A stretch of DNA of 64,000 nucleotides. It comes from a virus. The position numbers were made by a program, and so were the translations under genes. The stretch's first letter is position 1; each line of letters starts with the position of its first letter. Below the pieces are notes generated by a model that was given only the letters and a program-made list of their open reading frames with translations, was not told where the DNA came from and did not search any database. The stretch is from positions 32,001-96,000 of the IMG/VR virus record IMGVR_UViG_3300044451_000434; one strand, given 5' to 3'. Below, one piece after another: positions 57,680-64,000 of the stretch.

Positions 57680-58441
57680 TTATATTTCCATCATTTTATT
57701 GACTATGCCTCTTGAATCCATATCGGAACTAGCAGCAATAATATTTGCAGCAACACCAGCAACAAAAGCATTGGCAAAACTAGAGCCTATAGAATCCATA
57801 AATCTGTCTCCAACGGTCATGGTATCATATGTCCAATTAGGCATGGTTATCTTGATCCCGTCAGCAGATGGGGATTTAACTTCGCCTACTGCGACTGAAA
57901 TAACTCCAGAAGCCGAAGACGGGAAGGCATAAGAACGCGTATCAGAAACCGCAGAAAATATCAATATTTCTTTTGCAAGCAATTTTTTAATCACTTCTGA
58001 AGCGAGATGCTCTTCTTCAGAAGATGTTAGGCTGCAAACCACAATATCGCACCTTGAAGCCATGCACCACAAAAGTCCTCCGACAAGAGCAGATATATCT
58101 CCCGACCTGTCAGACTTTGCACACTTGGCGTGAAAGAAAGTGGCTTCATGACAAAGACCAGGAATACCTGAGGCATGAGATGAAGATAAAATGCCCGATA
58201 CAGAAGTGCCGTGACCATCTCGGTCATATGGCTCTTCGCCATTAACCATACTAACCTGCCTACTCTGATTGTTTAACTTGATATCTCTATGTGTGGGAGC
58301 ACCCGTGTCTACTATTCCGATTTTGAGACCTGAACAGTCAGTTCTTTCCACCCTAAATCCTCCATGTGCTGGCAGCACAACCTGTCTGACTCTAGGTGAT
58401 ATCCTAAGTCTTCCATCTGGAGGGGAATCACCCAACACCAT
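57680..58441 (-). CDS. Subtilisin-like serine protease, S8 (probable start MVLGD at 58441)
   Basis: Triad motifs IGIVDTG, DGHGTSVSGIL, GSSFANAFVAGVAA. SD GAGGAG upstream of 58441. Confidence 0.85.
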   Translation of the reverse strand: MVLGDSPPDGRLRISPRVRQVVLPAHGGFRVERTDCSGLKIGIVDTGAPTHRDIKLNNQSRQVSMVNGEEPYDRDGHGTSVSGILSSSHASGIPGLCHEATFFHAKCAKSDRSGDISALVGGLLWCMASRCDIVVCSLTSSEEEHLASEVIKKLLAKEILIFSAVSDTRSYAFPSSASGVISVAVGEVKSPSADGIKITMPNWTYDTMTVGDRFMDSIGSSFANAFVAGVAANIIAASSDMDSRGIVNKMMEI

Positions 58442-59153
58442 CGGACACAATCTCCTCTTCAACCATTTCTACAAAACTAAAAACAGGGCTACAAGATCTT
58501 GAAGACCTGAGCAGAAGGGCTCTTCCACCACCCGAAGCACAGCCCCATGCACACACAGGATCATCTGTAACCAAAGCAGAGACGGTTCTGCTCTCTTCAA
58601 TTCTCTTCACTAAACTCTTGCGAACAGGCACATGCCAAAGTCTGCCTGTCTCAAAAAATTTTGACTTTACAGCCATGCGAAGGGAGTCATTGGAGATTGA
58701 AACACCCTGCCTGTCATGCATTTTTGTAGAAAACTTGGTGTGGAAACTTGGCAGGACAACATCATCAATATGAAATGCCTTAGACAAAGAATACAGAATA
58801 GGTTGCCCCTCAAGATATGCAGAAAGTATATGAGAAAACCTTGCCTCTGTTGCCACTATAGATGCACCATCAAGAACCAAGCCATAGGCGCCAAGACTTA
58901 ACGCATGACGACAGTCAACCACGGAGTCAGAAACGCACACAATCTCATCAAACTGATCCCTAGAAATAGTGTGCAGATGAGCAAAATATGGCTTACCGGG
59001 AAGAATTTTTTGAAGTCCGTCCTCCCATCCAGCTGAGGATGAAATTGTGAATTCACACTGTCCACCATAGATGCGCTTCATGATTTGAAGCAATGAAGAA
59101 GTTACAAGTATCCCCCATTCAGATGGAGATGGAATCAGGCATATTTTTTTCAT
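58428..59153 (-). CDS. Divergent GT9 (heptosyltransferase)-like protein (241 aa)
   Basis: MKKICLI...GILVTSSLLQIMKRIYG, FDEIVCV and ALVTDDPVCAWGCASGG echo GT9 motifs (GDV...P..ALK..YP; lvtNDsG.mHiAaa). Confidence 0.45.
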   Translation of the reverse strand: MKKICLIPSPSEWGILVTSSLLQIMKRIYGGQCEFTISSSAGWEDGLQKILPGKPYFAHLHTISRDQFDEIVCVSDSVVDCRHALSLGAYGLVLDGASIVATEARFSHILSAYLEGQPILYSLSKAFHIDDVVLPSFHTKFSTKMHDRQGVSISNDSLRMAVKSKFFETGRLWHVPVRKSLVKRIEESRTVSALVTDDPVCAWGCASGGGRALLLRSSRSCSPVFSFVEMVEEEIVSDGVG

Positions 59154-59154
59154 G

Positions 59155-59742
59155 TCATAGCCTTATTTCGGCTGCGTTTCTGATCCCGCTAGGTAAAATA
59201 TCATCATCTGTTCCTGTGTCAACATCATCTTTCCTTCGTATGGAGCCTCGAGATTTCCTACTTGCTTTTTGAGCCTCTTTCTTGAGTTTTAATTGCTCAC
59301 TGTGCGCCTGACGCATAACTGACAATTCTTGCCCAGACAACCTAACGAGATGACCCGAAGATATCAGAGACAGAATCTGAGCAGGAATATCACCATATTC
59401 TTTTTTGATGAATGATGCAGATTTTCCGTCTATTTTGCCATCAAACTTTAAAGGAGGCTGCAACTTGCTCAATATCAAACATCCATCTTTGGCAGGAGCT
59501 ATAAAGTCTTTTTCTTGCGACACCTGAGTATCAAGAGAGACAACTCTAGAAATAGCAGGATTAGACTGCGGGACAGATACGGTTCCAAGAACTAACTCTT
59601 TGAGAGTAATCAGGCCGCCATCAACTACGGCAGGCACGTTCATCAACTCTGGATGAACCATTACCCTATCGATTGGGAGAGAATAGACTTTTTCTCCCAT
59701 AAACACAACCCTGCCAAAATCTCTGTCGTAAAATGCTTTCAT
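59155..59742 (-). CDS. Hypothetical protein (probable start MKAFYD at 59742, 195 aa)
   Basis: ATGA overlap with the GT stop; basic then acidic C-terminal tail. Confidence 0.55.
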   Translation of the reverse strand: MKAFYDRDFGRVVFMGEKVYSLPIDRVMVHPELMNVPAVVDGGLITLKELVLGTVSVPQSNPAISRVVSLDTQVSQEKDFIAPAKDGCLILSKLQPPLKFDGKIDGKSASFIKKEYGDIPAQILSLISSGHLVRLSGQELSVMRQAHSEQLKLKKEAQKASRKSRGSIRRKDDVDTGTDDDILPSGIRNAAEIRL

Positions 59743-61085
59743 AATTTTGTTACCAAGCCTTTGAATTGCGAAACAACGGCGTCCGCAGAGCACATGTCAG
59801 CCAATTTTGACGCTGCTCTTGAAGCCATCAAGTTTCTCTTTTTAGGGGATGTAGACCAACATATTCTCATGGACGCACCAAGTCTTTGAATAAATTCTAC
59901 ACTCACCGTATCCGCCATGACGGTGCCATCCCATAAAATTGTACCAGTTGTACCATTTTTAATAGTTGTCCTGTCAACATCGACCAAAAATGCTGAAGAA
60001 TCATCAAGGAAATCAAGTTGACCACCAAACCTTGGAGCAACTGAAGGTATCCCGCACATGGCTGCTTCTGCATACGGAAGACAAAATCCTTCTCCCCTTG
60101 CAGCTAGAACGCATGCATCTACAGACCTGTACAACTTGGCAAGATCTGCTTCAGTAATGTTTTTAGACATTCTGACCACGAGTGGAGGATGCTTTTTGCC
60201 ACAACTTGACACCAAATCAGAAACCACATCTGCGAATTTTTTTTGAGCTTCTTCTCCGCGCTTGTCTCTATGCGCCACGATGAGACATACATCATCTGAT
60301 GGATCAAATTCCTTAAGAAATGACTCAATTACATTGGTGCCAACCTTTCTAGAGCTAATTCCAAATATAGTTAAAAACTTGAAACTTGGCAATGGAGATG
60401 AGAATTGATATTCTGCTCCTTTTGCACAAAAAATGTCATTATTAATGTGTGGACTCAAAACTCCCGCGTCAATATCATACTTCCCAAAAGTGTCACAGCA
60501 GAATCTACTTACACACCAAACCATTTCATATTTCTTTGCAGAAGCTGCAACAGCAACAGGCAGAGTTTCTGACTCGATAGTAGTGTAGAGCACCCTCATG
60601 CCAGATGGACCTGGAGAGCCAAATGTGGGTACCACACTATTTATATCAAGCATGCCTTGGCATCTTGGCCTTATGGGCAGTCCGCATCTTGCATCTTCGT
60701 ACAAAAGCTGTGGTTTCCCAAGGTCTACTGGGTCAACACTTACTGAAATGTTTTTTGTAGTAAGTGCTTTGACCAAACCTCTATTGACCTTTCCATATCC
60801 TGAATAGTCTAAAAACTGGCCTCTGATTACGACATCATCAAGCATGGCATCACCAGATGGCTTCTTTGCTTTCGCTGACATTTTTGCCAATGCTGCCTGT
60901 ATCCCATCGGCTTGGTCATGATCCAACACAACCACATAACCCTTTGCAACAGCCGAACGAAGAGATGGCGCTGATCTAACACGATCTGATGATATCTCAA
61001 ATTTATCACCACTATCACCAGCAGGGATGCGATCATCCCATTCGGGAACATATACAGGTATGCCAAGGACATTTCTTACTATCAT
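59739..61085 (-). CDS. Glycosyltransferase GT4 with extra N-terminal domain (probable start MIVRNV at 61085, 448 aa)
   Basis: SGYGKVNR, YTTIESETLP, SSRK and AARGEGFCLPYAEAAMCGIP (intact E-x7-E). Confidence 0.9.
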   Translation of the reverse strand: MIVRNVLGIPVYVPEWDDRIPAGDSGDKFEISSDRVRSAPSLRSAVAKGYVVVLDHDQADGIQAALAKMSAKAKKPSGDAMLDDVVIRGQFLDYSGYGKVNRGLVKALTTKNISVSVDPVDLGKPQLLYEDARCGLPIRPRCQGMLDINSVVPTFGSPGPSGMRVLYTTIESETLPVAVAASAKKYEMVWCVSRFCCDTFGKYDIDAGVLSPHINNDIFCAKGAEYQFSSPLPSFKFLTIFGISSRKVGTNVIESFLKEFDPSDDVCLIVAHRDKRGEEAQKKFADVVSDLVSSCGKKHPPLVVRMSKNITEADLAKLYRSVDACVLAARGEGFCLPYAEAAMCGIPSVAPRFGGQLDFLDDSSAFLVDVDRTTIKNGTTGTILWDGTVMADTVSVEFIQRLGASMRICWSTSPKKRNLMASRAASKLADMCSADAVVSQFKGLVTKL

Positions 61086-61109
61086 GGTATATTTATCGGA
61101 AAATAAATT
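61086..61109. promoter_or_regulatory. 24-bp divergent intergenic element with overlapping candidate promoter motifs
   Basis: Minus strand CCGATAAATA-tacc-ATG; plus strand TCGGAAAATA-aatt-ATG. Neither gene has an SD. Confidence 0.4.
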
Positions 61110-61706
61110 ATGCCTATTGATCAATCAGGATATTCAGACGAGAATATAATATTTGGCGGATTTGGAAATGTAAAATTAAGTGTCGGATTTTCAAAAACAT
61201 GTAGACTTGAGCCAATATGCACTGATGCTATAGCTGACGGATATTCTTACATATCTTTGGGGGGGTTCAGAATAGGAACATCAACCTACGGGCAGGGAAG
61301 AGCATTGTGGGTGTACCGTCCTGCAAATATGACTCTAGATGATGTATATGTAACAATATGGAAAGGTGTAGAATTTGAGGTTGCAGCAGACACTAATCAT
61401 AAATCTTTCTGCTCATACAATATCGTCTACAACTCAGAGATCCCAAATTCTAACAATATGATCAGACTAGGAGGAGGCAGTATATCTCTTGATGTATCGG
61501 GAAAAATTTTGTGTGTAGATAAAGGATTTCCAGAAGATGAAAAAGAAGCCATCATAGGCTCTAGGCTAATAACACTCGGAAGATTTGACAACATGTGGGC
61601 GATATCGCTCTATTCTGTTTTTCCGCAAAGTTCATCTTCTAGCAGCGGTCATGACTCGGATCCGCCTGACGCTAATCCGGAAGATCCTCCTTTTAAGGAG
61701 GGTTGA
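61110..61706 (+). CDS. Hypothetical beta-rich protein (198 aa), the only credible plus-strand gene
   Basis: Fills a 600-bp gap with no minus-strand ORF; protein-like composition; Ser/Pro/Asp tail. Confidence 0.65.
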   Translation: MPIDQSGYSDENIIFGGFGNVKLSVGFSKTCRLEPICTDAIADGYSYISLGGFRIGTSTYGQGRALWVYRPANMTLDDVYVTIWKGVEFEVAADTNHKSFCSYNIVYNSEIPNSNNMIRLGGGSISLDVSGKILCVDKGFPEDEKEAIIGSRLITLGRFDNMWAISLYSVFPQSSSSSSGHDSDPPDANPEDPPFKEG

Positions 61707-61794
61707 TGGGGAAACAGGAATTATTTATATTTTACTTGATTAACTTGCCATATTCAACAACAAAAAAATAAACAACTTTCATATCAAAAATCGT

Positions 61795-61830
61795 GAAAAA
61801 TAACTACCCACCCCTTTCGGGGTGGGTAGT
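61795..61830 (-). terminator. Rho-independent terminator after the major capsid gene
   Basis: mRNA ACTACCCACCCC-GAAA-GGGGTGGGTAGT (perfect 12-bp stem, 61803-61830) followed by TATTTTT. Confidence 0.9.
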
Positions 61831-61856
61831 CGTGCTTCAAGATTCACCCAAACTTA

Positions 61857-62726
61857 TCAGGTGGTGGTGGGATCCACGGTGATGACGGACACGGCATAGT
61901 CGTTCATGACCACGATGCCGACCTCCTCATAGATCACCCAGCCAAGACGCAGCTTCTTTGGATCATCGGCGGGAAGGACAGTGATGTCCTGGCGGATGGG
62001 GAATGCGCCAACGGTGTCTGGGCTAGCAGTGACGATAATCTTGGTGTCATCGAGCTGGCTTGACACATGGATGTCAGCCGTCCACAGGTGACCGTAAAGA
62101 CCAGTGGTGAGGATCTCACGGGTGGTGGCCTCATCATAGAAGTCCTTTCCAAAGCTGCGGACTGCTGAGTAAGACTCAGGATGCATGACCACCTTTGAGG
62201 CCACCAGATCGTGGGTCTCAATATACTTGTAGGCAGTGTTCAAAGACGCAGTCTCCAAAGTGCCCACATTGGTGATCTCCTGAGCTGCTGGAGCAGCAGC
62301 AATCAGAGCGTTGAAGATGTTGCGATCCTCTTCCTTCTGGATTGCCTCCTTTGCCTTGATCTGTGCACGGTCAACGATGTAGAAGCGACGTGCTTTGATC
62401 TCGGACAGACGGATGGTGGGGTGTGCTGCAATCTCGAAGGTGGGGACAAGAACTTCCTCTCCCTCGGTGATCTGATCAGGCACTGCACCCTGACGGGCAA
62501 CGATTGTGGCCACGGAGGCAACATCGCGCTCGTAGCGGGGAAGAGCGCCTTGGGGGAGCTCGTCCACCATCAGGAGCTTGCGACCGACGGCCTGGTACTC
62601 CAGGGAACGCCGAATCGGCTCCACCATCGCTTGAGCAAGGGCAACACGCCCCTCCTCGGTCGACAAGGCCTGTGCAATCACGGCCTCTTTCTCGTCGTAA
62701 GTCAAACCATCTTTGTTGATGCTCAT
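61857..62726 (-). CDS. Major capsid protein, HK97 fold (probable start MSINKD at 62726, 289 aa)
   Basis: GRKLLMVDELPQG, VPTFEIAAHPTI, AIQKEEDRNIFNAL, KVVMHP, GLYGHLWTADIHVS, LGWVIYEEVG. SD AAAGGA; followed by a terminator. Confidence 0.9.
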   Translation of the reverse strand: MSINKDGLTYDEKEAVIAQALSTEEGRVALAQAMVEPIRRSLEYQAVGRKLLMVDELPQGALPRYERDVASVATIVARQGAVPDQITEGEEVLVPTFEIAAHPTIRLSEIKARRFYIVDRAQIKAKEAIQKEEDRNIFNALIAAAPAAQEITNVGTLETASLNTAYKYIETHDLVASKVVMHPESYSAVRSFGKDFYDEATTREILTTGLYGHLWTADIHVSSQLDDTKIIVTASPDTVGAFPIRQDITVLPADDPKKLRLGWVIYEEVGIVVMNDYAVSVITVDPTTT

Positions 62727-62741
62727 TGTGTTTTTCCTTTC

Positions 62742-62782
62742 TCCGACACCCCCTGATTCACGCATCAGGGTGGTAGGTCGGA
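62742..62782 (-). promoter_or_regulatory. Bulged stem-loop in the capsid gene 5' leader, ending 1 nt before the SD
   Basis: mRNA TCCGAC-ct-ACC-a-CCCTGAT-gcgtga-ATCAGGG-GGT-GTCGGA: 16 bp with two bulges. Confidence 0.6.
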
Positions 62783-62789
62783 AGATTCA

Positions 62790-63374
62790 TTAGGCGGATT
62801 GAATGTTCAGGGCAATTCGAATGAAATTGCCCAGCGAGGTAGCTCCGTCAATATCGGTGCCAGGAACGCCACTTGGATAGGAGTTCTGTGCAGCGATGAG
62901 ATAGCCAACCTTGTTACCGTTGTTTGTGGCAATTTTGGTGAATTTGCCAGCATTCGTGCTGCTCTGAACAATATAGAGCGCACTTCCTGCATCATTGTCA
63001 GTATGTGCGTCAAAATCGGCGGTTACATACTGGTCAGTCAAGAACTCACCCACGCCCATGTAGACGGTGATCTTGCCAGAAGCAAGGGTCTCGTCGAACA
63101 TGTCGCTCGCGCGATTGGTGGTGGTGCGGGTGCTGCCAGAGCCATTGACAACAACAGACGCAGAGTATGCGCTGCCGCTGGAACTGGAGAGTTTGCTGTC
63201 GCCGGCCAAACCGATGGTGAAACCATCGTTGGTGTCGGGCAGCTTGACATAGGGCCTCAAGTCAGTTGCGGTGTCGGCTGCAAGTGCCACACCCATGCCC
63301 TCTGTGATGTTGCCGCTGCCACTAGCGACGGCAAACTGGGTTGCGATTGTGTGATGAACTGGAATCAGTGCCAT
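62790..63374 (-). CDS. Head decoration/cement-like protein (probable start MALIPV at 63374, 194 aa)
   Basis: Between scaffold and capsid genes. Pattern ITEGMGVAL...IGLAGD...SGKITVYMGVGEFLTDQY...GSALY. SD AAAGGA. Confidence 0.65.
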   Translation of the reverse strand: MALIPVHHTIATQFAVASGSGNITEGMGVALAADTATDLRPYVKLPDTNDGFTIGLAGDSKLSSSSGSAYSASVVVNGSGSTRTTTNRASDMFDETLASGKITVYMGVGEFLTDQYVTADFDAHTDNDAGSALYIVQSSTNAGKFTKIATNNGNKVGYLIAAQNSYPSGVPGTDIDGATSLGNFIRIALNIQSA

Positions 63375-63426
63375 GTTGGGTTCCTTTACCCTTTTTTGGT
63401 GAAAAATACTCTCAAACCGTCGGTCT

Positions 63427-64000
63427 TCACTTGAAGACCCGACGCAGTACGTTGCTCTCAGTCTGATCCGCCAACTCCACCTGCTGCTGCAGGCGGAACA
63501 TGGACGCGATCTTGGACTTGAGATCTCCATACGCATTACGCTCACTCTTCTGCTCGGGGATCACAAAAGCCGTTTCTGACCCTGCCGAAGCCGTCTTCAG
63601 GCCCTTGGCGACGACACCCTCTGCGAACATTGCCTTCTCAAGGTCCATGAGCTGAGCCACCTTGTAGCCCATCAACTCCTTGGCTTTTGCAGGAAGATTG
63701 TCTGCAGAGATCATCCCCGCAGCCACCATCTTGCCAGCAACCTTGAGAGCCAACTCGCTGGAATCTTCACCAGCCTTCTTTTTTGCATAGCCGCCAACTG
63801 GACCGGATTTGCCGGAGCCAACTTGGCCGCCTGTCATGAGATTCTGCTTCTCTGCACCGTTCTGACCGCCAACCGGAATGGAAGGCAGGCTCAGACCTGC
63901 AGACTCGTTGCCCTCTGGAACTTCAAGTTCTTCCATGCCCTCAAGACCCTCAGAGGTGCCCACGTCGCCAAGATCTGCCTGGTTCTGCACCAGTTCAGTC
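63427..64000 (-). CDS. C-terminal part of probable capsid scaffold (or protease-scaffold) protein, partial
   Basis: Frame open to the right edge. Acidic/Gly-rich linker then helical end. Position upstream of decoration and capsid genes. Confidence 0.55.
   Translation of the reverse strand, partial: TELVQNQADLGDVGTSEGLEGMEELEVPEGNESAGLSLPSIPVGGQNGAEKQNLMTGGQVGSGKSGPVGGYAKKKAGEDSSELALKVAGKMVAAGMISADNLPAKAKELMGYKVAQLMDLEKAMFAEGVVAKGLKTASAGSETAFVIPEQKSERNAYGDLKSKIASMFRLQQQVELADQTESNVLRRVFK

Noticed and set aside
61857-62726. Encapsulin shell protein
   Set aside because: Short HK97 fold, but the context is scaffold, decoration, neck, tube and tape measure, with no cargo enzyme.
54417-63545. Track start positions 54488, 55654, 55941, 58462, 59793, 61124, 62765 and 63545 (also 52037 and 48430)
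   Set aside because: They create long overlaps or fall within hairpins; downstream ATGs have SD sequences, stop-start coupling or the candidate promoter motif.
1-64000. tRNA, rRNA, CRISPR array, integrase/transposase, introns/inteins, stop-codon recoding
   Set aside because: None seen. Intergenic gaps are very short, and multi-kb ORFs are open in the standard code with TAA, TAG and TGA all used as stops.

Overview
The window is the virion morphogenesis region of a large, probably jumbo-class, tailed phage. It is almost entirely on the minus strand and uses the standard genetic code. In transcription order (right to left) it encodes: the C-terminus of a probable scaffold, a head decoration protein, an HK97-type major capsid protein with a terminator, then a head-completion/neck block. 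That block is interleaved with non-structural enzymes: GT4 and GT9-like glycosyltransferases, a subtilisin-like protease, PhoH, and a Zn-ribbon/adaptor/actin-like ATPase trio. Next come a two-domain tail tube with no sheath, tail assembly chaperones with a -1 frameshift that the ORF track misses, and a tape measure protein with a recent internal duplication. The remaining ~41 kb encodes giant modular tail-tip/fibre proteins, including a >1387-aa ORF at the left edge that is absent from the ORF track. The best candidates for undescribed systems are (i) a volactin-like actin plus adaptor translationally coupled to a head-tail connector, (ii) a glycosyltransferase in each virion module next to Ser-rich structural proteins, and (iii) a small shared domain that may dock both systems on the particle. 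All family assignments come from motif recognition by eye; no searches were run.
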